From: Promethearchaeota archaeon
GTDB taxonomy: Archaea > Asgardarchaeota > Lokiarchaeia > Sigyniarchaeales > Promethearchaeaceae
Assembly: GCA_016933055.1 (NCBI GenBank)
Contig: JAFGBS010000032.1
Location: forward strand, 17,532 to 49,531
Direction of reading: 5' to 3'
Length of the DNA stretch: 32,000 nucleotides
The first letter of the stretch is position 1; each line of letters starts with the position of its first letter. The notes under the pieces were generated by a model. That model was not told the origin of the DNA, made no database searches, and saw only the letters and a program-made list of their open reading frames with translations. Of the stretch, positions 9,135 through 17,632 are shown piece by piece. The translations under genes and the position numbers were made by a program.

Positions 9135-9497
9135 ATGTTATTAAGAGTGAATATGATAAGAATGACTATGAAAACGGTAACACGTGAATACATTTGTGAT
9201 GCGTGTGGCCAACAGCATAAGGTTCAATTACCCGAAGACCTTGCCTCAAGGCATACGCAATTCCCGTTTGCCTATTTCTATCTCCACGGTGACGCAAAAG
9301 ACGTACTTTCTACACTATATTTGGATGCAGATTTGAAAATTAGAGGTGCAGAGACTCAAAGATTGGAAACTGACCTCGATGACATCTTCTCCAAAGGTCA
9401 AATGCTCTCAATTGTTCAGAATTTAATGAATGAGATAGAACGTTGGAGAAGGGATTATGAAGATCTAAAGAAGAAATATGACGAAGTAATTAAATAA
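9135..9497 (+). CDS. Small hypothetical protein with a CxxC motif and C-terminal coiled coil
   Basis: YICDACG...FPFAYFYLHG...LYLDADLKIRG and heptad-like tail LMNEIERWRRDYEDLKKKYDEV. The start may be the ATG at 9153, 9162 or 9168. Confidence 0.75.
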   Translation: MLLRVNMIRMTMKTVTREYICDACGQQHKVQLPEDLASRHTQFPFAYFYLHGDAKDVLSTLYLDADLKIRGAETQRLETDLDDIFSKGQMLSIVQNLMNEIERWRRDYEDLKKKYDEVIK

Positions 9498-9562
9498 TAT
9501 CACCAAAAGGTGGATAGAAAAATCTTAATTTTAATATCGTCTTTTCTTCATGGGTAACTAAT

Positions 9563-10891
9563 TTGTTAGATATTAAGCTCTTTCGGGAACAGGCCGACTT
9601 GGTGAGAGAATCGGAACGTAAACGATTCCGTAATGTCGAAAATGTGAATACTGTAATTTGTTTGGATATAGAGTGGCGTGAAAGCTTACAAAGGATTCAG
9701 GAATTGCGTCAGAAACGAAATTCACTCACTAAAGAGATCTCCAAATGTTATAAACAATTACAAAAACTAGCATCTGAAGATGAAAAGAAGAAACTCGAAG
9801 AGAAAGCTGAACAGTTGAAATTGGATTCTAAAAAAATAGGAAATGCTATTACAGAGGAAGAACCTAAGACTAAAGAACTGCTACAGCAAAGAGATGAATA
9901 TCGATACCGTGTTGGAAATATTTTAGATAATAAAGTACCAATTGCAGATGACGAAACTGGAAATTTAATTATTCGGAAATATGGCAGGAAAAAGAACTTT
10001 CCGTTTGATATACGTAATCATGTAGATCTTATGGAATTAATTGGAGGAGTAAATACCAAAAAAGCTTCAGAAATTGCGGGAAATAGATTTTACTATTTGC
10101 AGAATGAACTTGTCAAGCTTAATATAGCTCTGATCAATTTTGCCTTGGATCATTTAATCTCTGAAGGATATTCACCCATGTGGACCCCGTTTTTTGTACG
10201 ACATGAGGTGATCAAAGAAGCTGCTGAACTTGCAGATTTTGAAGAACAACTATATAAAATCCAAGATGAGGACCTTTACTTGATAGCCACCTCGGAGCAA
10301 ACCTTAGCTGCACTACATCGTAACGAAATAATAGACGAGAAACTATTACCGATTAAATATGCAGGAGTATCTTCGTGTTTTCGTCGTGAAACGGGAAGTC
10401 ATGGAAAAGATACCCTTGGCATCTTTCGCGTACATCAATTTGAGAAGGTAGAACAATACGTTTATTGCAAGCCTGAAGATTCTCCTCAATTGCACGAGGA
10501 AATGATAGGAATCACCGAAAAGATCTTTAAAGATCTCCGAATTCCTTATCGCATTGTTAACATTGCATCAGGAGAGTTAAATGACAACGCTTCAATCAAG
10601 TATGATTTAGAAGCTTGGTTCCCAGCTTCTCAAGCTTATCGAGAGCTTGTGTCCGCTACGAATTGCCGAGATTATCAAGCTCGAAAATTAAACGCGCGAT
10701 TTGGAACGCTTGGAGACCCGGATACCTACGAAGTTGTGCACACTTTAAATGCTACAGCGATTGCAACCGAGCGTTTTATGTGTTGCTTGGTAGAGAATCA
10801 CCAACAAGAGGATGGTTCAATTATAATCCCAAAAGCTTTAAAGCCCTACATGGGTGGAATTGATTTAATTCCCGCTCGAAATAACGCTTAA
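9563..10891 (+). CDS. serS: Seryl-tRNA synthetase (standard type)
   Basis: MLDIKLFR start, N-terminal coiled-coil arm, LIATSEQ, motif 2 FRRE...GIFRVHQFEKVEQ, ELVSATNC and HTLNATAIATER. Confidence 0.98.
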   Translation: MLDIKLFREQADLVRESERKRFRNVENVNTVICLDIEWRESLQRIQELRQKRNSLTKEISKCYKQLQKLASEDEKKKLEEKAEQLKLDSKKIGNAITEEEPKTKELLQQRDEYRYRVGNILDNKVPIADDETGNLIIRKYGRKKNFPFDIRNHVDLMELIGGVNTKKASEIAGNRFYYLQNELVKLNIALINFALDHLISEGYSPMWTPFFVRHEVIKEAAELADFEEQLYKIQDEDLYLIATSEQTLAALHRNEIIDEKLLPIKYAGVSSCFRRETGSHGKDTLGIFRVHQFEKVEQYVYCKPEDSPQLHEEMIGITEKIFKDLRIPYRIVNIASGELNDNASIKYDLEAWFPASQAYRELVSATNCRDYQARKLNARFGTLGDPDTYEVVHTLNATAIATERFMCCLVENHQQEDGSIIIPKALKPYMGGIDLIPARNNA

Positions 10892-10946
10892 ATTCCTATT
10901 TGACACATATTGATACCATATTTTTATTTTTGAAGGTTTGATTGAG

Positions 10947-11633
10947 ATGGACACGGGAAATGATTACCGCATTCTTGTTATCGAAGATGCAATTAAGCGA
11001 TTGAGTGAAATTTTCAGACTTAAGAAATTTAAGTTCCAATTTAAACACTATAGAGAGGCACACGATTTATTGGAACAATCGACTCATGTACTTCAATCTG
11101 TAAAATATTGTTATTTAGAACCCGATGCAATTGTTAATCTGCCAGAATTCCAAGAATTTCTGCAAAAGACCCAAAAGATTGAATATATGATAATGGAAGA
11201 AATGAAAGCAGCAAGTTATAAACCAGACAATCCCAAAGACTTATTGGTAATCAAGGAAGTAGAATATGTTCTTAGCATATTTCGGGATTTTACCCGAAGA
11301 ATTCAATTAATACCCGAAGCGGGAAATGCTGTAGACACATTTTCGGTGGAAGTAACCAGAGTGGACAAACATCCAGGGTTCGATAAATTATATATATGCC
11401 GCACAACGGACACAAAAAAAATTTGGAATATTGTAACAAATATCGCAGATATTAAGAAGGATGCGAAATATCCTGTCGTGCATTTACCCCCTACCATGTT
11501 TGAAGATGTAGTAAGTGAGGCAATGTTCGTATCAGATCAGCCTATATTAGATGAACCAGGGACCTTGTTAACGTTGACTGGACCAATATTAAACAATGTA
11601 AACAGCCAAGTTTATGTATTATTAAAAAAATAA
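10947..11633 (+). CDS. Archaeal tRNA-binding protein with C-terminal OB/EMAP-like domain (COG2517-like)
   Basis: MDTGNDYRIL start, helical N-domain, then VEVTRVDKHPGFDKLYIC...NIVTN...LPP..F..VVSEAMF. ATG at 10947; the track has TTG at 10938. Confidence 0.85.
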   Translation: MDTGNDYRILVIEDAIKRLSEIFRLKKFKFQFKHYREAHDLLEQSTHVLQSVKYCYLEPDAIVNLPEFQEFLQKTQKIEYMIMEEMKAASYKPDNPKDLLVIKEVEYVLSIFRDFTRRIQLIPEAGNAVDTFSVEVTRVDKHPGFDKLYICRTTDTKKIWNIVTNIADIKKDAKYPVVHLPPTMFEDVVSEAMFVSDQPILDEPGTLLTLTGPILNNVNSQVYVLLKK

Positions 11634-11719
11634 CAGATTTGGGGGTTGATTTTCTTATTCTATTACACCATCTAGATATTTACAACAATGAAATATAATA
11701 GATGTCTTTGAGAAAAGAA

Positions 11720-11830
11720 TGGTGGACAATGAGGGATTTGAACCCTCGACCTCTACCAATTTGTATTTAGGATGATAAAATCAACCGAAAACTTGCCAAG
11801 GTAGCGATCTTCCAACTGATCTAATTGCCC
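11720..11830 (-). tRNA. tRNA-Ala(GGC) with a 35-nt intron at 37/38 (11759..11793) and encoded CCA
   Basis: Manual fold: acceptor GGGCAAT/ATTGTCC with the G3:U70 alanine determinant, D-stem GATC/GATC, anticodon stem CTACC/GGTAG, loop TTGGCA|T, T-arm GAGGG-TTCAAAT-CCCTC, then A-CCA. 111-35 = 76 nt mature. Confidence 0.96.
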
Positions 11831-11853
11831 ATATTTTTGAAAGAAACAAATCA

Positions 11854-11861
11854 AAATATAA
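11854..11861 (-). promoter_or_regulatory. Candidate TATA box of tRNA-Ala
   Basis: TTATATTT on the minus strand, 24-31 nt upstream of the mature 5' end. Confidence 0.45.
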
Positions 11862-11977
11862 GCGATTTGTATTAAATTTTTTTCCTCCATTGCATCAACT
11901 TCAAAAAAATGATGGGTCTGAATTCCTCAATTCTAAATCAGAATCTATTTTAATAATTTCAAACGATAAGAATCCTT

Positions 11978-13480
11978 ATGAAATCCAAAATCCACAAAAT
12001 CGGTAGTATTTTCATTTTTCTACCATTAATGATCCTTGTTGGATCGGATGCCGCTCTTGTCTTGGTAAATCAAGTACCAATTATGGTAGAATTCGGAATT
12101 ACAAATAATTTTACCCTAATTGGAGCAATTATAGCGGTCTCACTAGTGTCTCACGCCATTTGCATGCCGATCTTTGGGTACTTAGCAGACAAATATCAAC
12201 GCAAATGGATTTTGATATCAGGTGCGGGAGTATGGGCACTCGCAGAATTTGCAGTTTATTATTCCCCACGTAACATTTACATCTTTATGATGTTCAGGAT
12301 CATTGGCAGTGGAGCAGCAGCATCCCAAGCACCTGTTACAATGAGTTTACTTTCCGATATTTTTTCCTCTGAAAAACGGGGAAATTCTTTCGCATGGTGG
12401 GGTCTGGCAACAACGATCGGAAGTTTAGGAGGAGGATTAATTGGAACTGCATTTAATCCCATATTCGATGATACAACCTATAAAACACTGGAAACACTCG
12501 CTGAGAAAATAGCATATATTGAAACTTCTTTTTCTATGAGTGATATCGTTAAATGGCGTATTCCATTCCTTATTATGGCTGCAGGTGGAATATTTTTTAC
12601 TATTCTGATTTTTTTCGTCAAGGAACCTAAGAGAGGTAGCTCAGAGAAGGAATTGGAACAAGTATTAGCAGATGAAAATGTGGATTACTCAAAGAGTTAC
12701 AGGATTAAATTAGAGGATTTACGCTATATTTATACTCGAAAATCGAATTTTTGGTTAATCATTAATTGGGTAGATACTGTTACAAGCGGAATTGTTACGA
12801 GTTTTCTCATTACGTGGATCACACTTGAAGTAGGATTGTCTTTTGAAGCTGAAAATCTCTTGATCGCAATCCCGTATTTGCTGATATTAGTAGGATTTAT
12901 GTTATTCGGTCAATTTTATTTCTCAAAACGTGGGGATAAGATGGTTCAAAAAGGAGATCGATCAGGTCGTGTAAAAATGGCCATCTTATGTGGTGTTGCA
13001 AACATCCCCGCATTACTCTTAGGATTTATATTTTATCCGAATTTTGTTAATAAAACTTTCTTTCGTGGAGCAGTGGATTTATCAGCCAACCCATGGTTGT
13101 TTTATACAATTTTAATCATTATGGCTATAATACTCGGAATAGGTTTTGCATTCGTTATGGGGATCGCCCCAAATTGGTATTCAAGTATGTTAGATGTTAA
13201 TCTTCCCGAACACAGGGGGACTATGATAGCTACTGCCGCATTTCTTGACTCAATTGGTCGTGCAATTGGTTCATGGTTTGGTGGTTTTATGATTGATTTC
13301 TTTACTCGTCAAGGAAGTCCCCTCCCCATCTCGGATACGATTGTGTTTTCTACCTTAACGTTTGGGATCGTCAGCGCGTTACTATGGTTACCGATCTATA
13401 AACATAGTAAAAAGGATTTCAATGAAATCGCATACATATTGGAAAATAGAGCCAGGAAGCTTAAAAAACAAAAAGAATAG
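11978..13480 (+). CDS. MFS transporter (MFS_1, Spinster-like)
   Basis: Motif A GYLADKYQRKW, LLSDIFSSEKRG, and LDVNLPEHRGT; about 12 TM helices. Confidence 0.92.
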   Translation: MKSKIHKIGSIFIFLPLMILVGSDAALVLVNQVPIMVEFGITNNFTLIGAIIAVSLVSHAICMPIFGYLADKYQRKWILISGAGVWALAEFAVYYSPRNIYIFMMFRIIGSGAAASQAPVTMSLLSDIFSSEKRGNSFAWWGLATTIGSLGGGLIGTAFNPIFDDTTYKTLETLAEKIAYIETSFSMSDIVKWRIPFLIMAAGGIFFTILIFFVKEPKRGSSEKELEQVLADENVDYSKSYRIKLEDLRYIYTRKSNFWLIINWVDTVTSGIVTSFLITWITLEVGLSFEAENLLIAIPYLLILVGFMLFGQFYFSKRGDKMVQKGDRSGRVKMAILCGVANIPALLLGFIFYPNFVNKTFFRGAVDLSANPWLFYTILIIMAIILGIGFAFVMGIAPNWYSSMLDVNLPEHRGTMIATAAFLDSIGRAIGSWFGGFMIDFFTRQGSPLPISDTIVFSTLTFGIVSALLWLPIYKHSKKDFNEIAYILENRARKLKKQKE

Positions 13481-13618
13481 AACCGACATTATTTGTATTC
13501 ATGCGATTTGAACATAAAGGTACAATATCTCACCCAACTGGAATCAGTATTAAAAATTATTATTCAAATACCTATAAATGACTCAGAATTCTAGTTATAT
13601 GATTTTTTTTTATAGAGA

Positions 13619-14440
13619 GTGAAAAAAATGAAAGAATTTAGTAAAGAAAACTTAACAACCCTTCCCGCTAAAGATTGTAAATTAGTTGTTGAATCTGGGA
13701 AGCTTGATTTGGTTAAAAATAAACATCCGGTTCTAATTGTAGGGTTTCTTGGAAGTGGACTCGTTGGTAACATAGTGGTAAGCGAGTTTATAAAGCAACT
13801 TGAAATGGAGCAAATAGGCTTTGTGACGACGAATGACCTCCCCCCTATAGCAATTTTCTATGATGGCATATTAAAGCATCCATTCCGATTATACTACTCC
13901 AGTGAAAAAAATATTGTAGTCGCACAATGTGAAGTCCCTTTTAATAAAAGTGCTACCTATCAAGATCTAGCAAGATTATTATCAGGGTGGGCATTAGAAA
14001 TTGGAATTGTTGAAGTATGTGCAATTCAAGGTTTAACGGGGTCTTCCAGTTCTTTTCCTCCCGAAAATCCTCCGGTGTATGTTGCAGCGGAAAAAGAGAT
14101 TTTAGAACGACTGAAAAAAGAGAGTGATGTTGAAATTTTACCTCGTGGCTTGGTATTAGGTCCCGAAGCAGCTATTTTGAACGAGGGATTAAGTAATAGG
14201 TTGAATTGTTATGCACTGCTGGTTCCTGTTACCGCACAAATTCCTAATCCCGAGGGTGCTTCAGCGGTTATAAACGAATTGAATCAAATCTATGACCTAT
14301 CCATCGATACAAGTAAACTTATGGAAGATGCGCACAGGATTCGCAAAAAACTGAAGGAATTATCAGAAAAAACGCAACAACAACATGCACAAATGTCAGA
14401 ATTATCGAACCTTAACCCCTCAGAGAGAATATATATGTAA
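13619..14440 (+). CDS. PAC2-family proteasome assembly chaperone (PbaA/PbaB-like)
   Basis: LIVGFLGSGLVGNIV, LPPIAIF...HPFRLY, PNPEGASAVI and IDTSKLMEDA..IRKKL; C-terminal IYM resembles an HbYX motif. The start may be the ATG at 13628. Confidence 0.9.
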   Translation: MKKMKEFSKENLTTLPAKDCKLVVESGKLDLVKNKHPVLIVGFLGSGLVGNIVVSEFIKQLEMEQIGFVTTNDLPPIAIFYDGILKHPFRLYYSSEKNIVVAQCEVPFNKSATYQDLARLLSGWALEIGIVEVCAIQGLTGSSSSFPPENPPVYVAAEKEILERLKKESDVEILPRGLVLGPEAAILNEGLSNRLNCYALLVPVTAQIPNPEGASAVINELNQIYDLSIDTSKLMEDAHRIRKKLKELSEKTQQQHAQMSELSNLNPSERIYM

Positions 14441-14504
14441 ATTCGATTCAAAAATAGATGATGTTAAAAACTACACCCGGGTGTTCAATTAGTTTTTTAC
14501 CTTA

Positions 14505-14652
14505 TTATATAATCAACACCTGTTCGATCCTTTTAAACGATTAGGTAAGCACCTTAACTGAAAACTATCAAAAAACTCTACCGAACATATAAATCAGAAT
14601 CGAATTACGATCTTACATCACGGTAGATAGGCATAACAAAAGGCAACAAAAA
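14505..14652. repeat. 148-bp non-coding direct repeat, copy 1
   Basis: Ungapped manual alignment to 16130..16277 gives 134/148 identities. Confidence 0.95.
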
Positions 14653-14738
14653 AGTAACGCCTCTGATCTTGGAAATTGTACACTACATAGAATTCACCAG
14701 TTTTAGAAATAAACAGTGTTCCAGCAATATCTAACAAA

Positions 14739-15635
14739 TCAAATTCTCTTTTTTTTACTTCTTTTTTTTCTTTCATTATAAATAAGTAAACTAATAACAA
14801 TTAGAGTTATTGAGCCAAAAATAATAAATGGTACCCACTCGATTAATGTACGGTTTTCAAGTGGGAATATATACAATGCAGGAGGAAATCTAACTAAGGT
14901 AACATGCATATATTTATCCCATATTATAAAAAAAAATGCTTCTAAGCTAAGAAAAATCAAGCTTCCTGAACTAAGAACCAATATTCTGCGTGTGAAATAT
15001 CTCTTTTTTGCTTTCGCATCTAGATTATTCTTGATTCTTCGCTTATTGAGAGAAAATGGAATGAAAAAACCGGTTTTTTGAATATACATCCAATATTCAT
15101 TCCCAAATTTCTGAAACATTACAGATTCTTCATGAATTGATTTTAATGAGGTGAATACATAAAAAAGAATCCATGAGAGTAAATCACCTGATCTAATACC
15201 GATATCAAATACAAATGGAATATATAAAGAGAAGGATAGGAAGATAAGAAGAATCCCCAGATTTTGAGGATGGCGAATATATTTATACATTCGATTCTGA
15301 ACTATTGACGGTTCTTTGTTACTTTTTCTTGCAATGCCCATCGTGAATAGAGAGTCAATAAAAAAATACAACCCAAGTAGTAGTAAAATACCCTCTATTA
15401 CGAGTAAGAGTACCGGTAAAGGTGAAACATAAGCATAGTAATTAACTATATCAATATGGGGGTAAAGAAAAACTATATATGATAGATAGATAAACAAACC
15501 GAATGCAACAAACATGGGTGCGAGAATACTAGCAATTATAGGAATAAAACTAAAAACTCGACCAAAAATCAATATAATTCTCTGTCGTCTTAGTCGGTTT
15601 TTTTTTAGGTTTATCTTTGAGAGAATCTTTTTCAT
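14739..15635 (-). CDS. ICMT/PEMT-family membrane methyltransferase-like protein
   Basis: MYKYIRHPQNLG and IHEESVMFQKFGNEYWMYIQKTGFFIP match the YxxxRHPxY...EE..L...FG..Y..Y signature; multiple TM helices. Confidence 0.85.
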   Translation of the reverse strand: MKKILSKINLKKNRLRRQRIILIFGRVFSFIPIIASILAPMFVAFGLFIYLSYIVFLYPHIDIVNYYAYVSPLPVLLLVIEGILLLLGLYFFIDSLFTMGIARKSNKEPSIVQNRMYKYIRHPQNLGILLIFLSFSLYIPFVFDIGIRSGDLLSWILFYVFTSLKSIHEESVMFQKFGNEYWMYIQKTGFFIPFSLNKRRIKNNLDAKAKKRYFTRRILVLSSGSLIFLSLEAFFFIIWDKYMHVTLVRFPPALYIFPLENRTLIEWVPFIIFGSITLIVISLLIYNERKKRSKKKRI

Positions 15636-15786
15636 GATTTACATTTCTCGTTTTATCTTAACGATAATGTAATTATTCATATTTTTAAACATTAATGGTG
15701 ATTGAAAATTTTCAACAATAAATCGTAAATGAAAAAAACACAAAAAGAAAGAAAATTAAGAGGGGGCAGACTGAACCTTTCCTAGT

Positions 15787-16090
15787 TTAGTTATTAATTC
15801 TCACACCTACCCCCGATACCCCCACAAAGGTTGTAGTTTTGTATGTATTTGTTACATTGGTGAGGCATGCCCCATTACTTGTTGGTTCTGGTTTACCTAG
15901 TGCTTGTAGGATATTACTTATAGCATCCCACACAATGCATACCTCTCGCATTTATTGTTGTTTGTGTAAGTATATTTGGTTCCTTTATCTCACAACTCGC
16001 TTCTTCCATTTTTCATGAATGAAGTGTTGTTGGTTATCAATTTCATGAATCAAGGCTCCACAGCGGACACAGATCAAACCCGTATCTACT
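15787..16090 (-). pseudogene. Possible degraded Zn-finger/HNH-like gene remnant
   Basis: Stop-broken fragments LICVRCG...QHFIH and NARGMHCVGCYK lie in different frames. The family assignment is weak. Confidence 0.25.
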
Positions 16091-16129
16091 CAAAGCCTGA
16101 ACCCATATGCATAAGAAAATGTGTGAAAT

Positions 16130-16277
16130 TTATATAATCAACACCTTTTCTACCCTTTTGAACGATTAGGTAAGCACCTTAACTGAAAACTATCAAAAAA
16201 GTCTACCGAACATATAAATCAGAGTCAAATCACGACCTTAAATCACGATGGATAGGCGTAATAAAAGGCAACAAAAA
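16130..16277. repeat. 148-bp non-coding direct repeat, copy 2
   Basis: Same orientation as 14505..14652, offset 1625 bp, 14 substitutions and no indels. Confidence 0.95.
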
Positions 16278-16614
16278 GATTACAATTCCCCTTTTACTTA
16301 CCTACCTGATCAACTTAAAGAACTAAAGTTCTTGGTGCGGGAACGTGGTCCAATTGGAAGAACTAAAACTGAATGCGTAGCATGAGGTAGATAGAATAGG
16401 TGTTCTATTGAATACCTCGGTAGAACTTGTTGATTTTACTCCAAATTGACAGCAGTTCTTACTATATACTCTCTGTTCACGTATTCGATAGGATAAGTTG
16501 GATATCACAGTATGGAATTTAACTGCTCTATAAAAAAATTCTGAATAATTAAAATATCCAAATATAGAAAAGGAATAAAAAAAGTAGAATCAAACTATAT
16601 AGTAGAAAAAAAAT

Positions 16615-17610
16615 ATGAAAATATTAGTTACGGGTGGGAATGGATTTTTAGGAACAAATATCGTTCATGCATTGTTGGAGAACATTGCTGGATATGATGT
16701 CCGTGCATTTGGATTACCAAACCATCCCACAAAATATATTCAGAATGATAGAGTGGAGATTGTTTTTGGAAATGTACTAAATCCTTCCGATGTAGACCGT
16801 GCTGTAAAAGGAGTAGAATATGTTATTCATTCTGCGGGAGATACTAGCTTCTGGCAAAAAAACTTCAAAATACAAAGGCAGGTAAATACTGAGGGAGTTC
16901 GGAATGTAATGGAATCTGCTTTGAAACACGGAGTCAAAAAAGTAATACATACATCAACTATTGACACTATTGGTATCAATCCCGGTGGGCTTACGGATGA
17001 GACATGGAATGAGTTTACGTATCAAGGAACGGGGAATGTATATGCAGAATCCAAGAGGAAAGGTGAACAGATTGCACTATCCTATGTAGATAAAGGTTTG
17101 GATGTCGTTGTACTAAATCCTGGTAGCATGATTGGTCCGTACGACCATACTCTTCAATATGGAAGATTATTTGGTGAATTAAAATATGGTAAGGTGCCTG
17201 GTATTCCATCCGGTGGGGTATCATGGGCACATGTGGGAGAAGTAGCAAAAGCTCATGTTTCAGCGTTAAAAAATGGAAGAAAAGGGGAAAGATATATCTG
17301 TGCTGGAGAAAATGTTTCTTACAAGGAAGTCTTCACAGAAATTGCTAAGATAGTTGGAAGTAAACCCCCAAAAATTGTATTTCCCAAATGGATACTCGTA
17401 TTATATGGAGGGTTTTGTGAATTTATTTCATTGTTTACCAAAAAACCTCCCGAGATTAATCCCGGTCACGCCAGGTATATGAGCATGTTTCCTCGAATGA
17501 ATTCTTCAAAAGCACAGAAAGAATTAGGTTATCGAATTATCCCAGTTCATCAAATGATTGAAGATGCGTACAGATGGTATGTAGAAAATGGATTTCTGGA
17601 AATTGAATAA
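16615..17610 (+). CDS. NAD-dependent epimerase/dehydratase (extended SDR, DFR/HpnA-like)
   Basis: ILVTGGNGFLG, VIHSAG, catalytic YAESK, NPGSMIGP and GRKGERYI. Confidence 0.93.
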   Translation: MKILVTGGNGFLGTNIVHALLENIAGYDVRAFGLPNHPTKYIQNDRVEIVFGNVLNPSDVDRAVKGVEYVIHSAGDTSFWQKNFKIQRQVNTEGVRNVMESALKHGVKKVIHTSTIDTIGINPGGLTDETWNEFTYQGTGNVYAESKRKGEQIALSYVDKGLDVVVLNPGSMIGPYDHTLQYGRLFGELKYGKVPGIPSGGVSWAHVGEVAKAHVSALKNGRKGERYICAGENVSYKEVFTEIAKIVGSKPPKIVFPKWILVLYGGFCEFISLFTKKPPEINPGHARYMSMFPRMNSSKAQKELGYRIIPVHQMIEDAYRWYVENGFLEIE

Positions 17611-17632
17611 AAAAATAGATGATCGAATTTAA

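Noticed and set aside
14473-14484. Perfect palindrome ACACCCGGGTGT next to repeat copy 1
   Set aside because: It is absent beside copy 2 and has no matching partner end, so it is insufficient evidence for a transposon terminus.
14618-14800. 60-aa minus-strand ORF
   Set aside because: It overlaps the ICMT-like gene end and runs into the non-coding repeat.
16093-16095. TGA just upstream of VDTGLICVRC as a selenocysteine codon
   Set aside because: The frame hits TAA soon after, no selenoprotein family is recognisable, and no SECIS-like element was identified.
14505-16277. Long repeats as a CRISPR array or IS ends
   Set aside because: There are only two units of 148 bp, 1.6 kb apart, with no spacers, cas genes, transposase or inverted termini.
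16248-16385. 45-aa plus-strand ORF with YLPDQLKELKFLVRER, faintly like an IS110 transposase segment
   Set aside because: The match is too short and no DEDD motif or other transposase fragment is visible.
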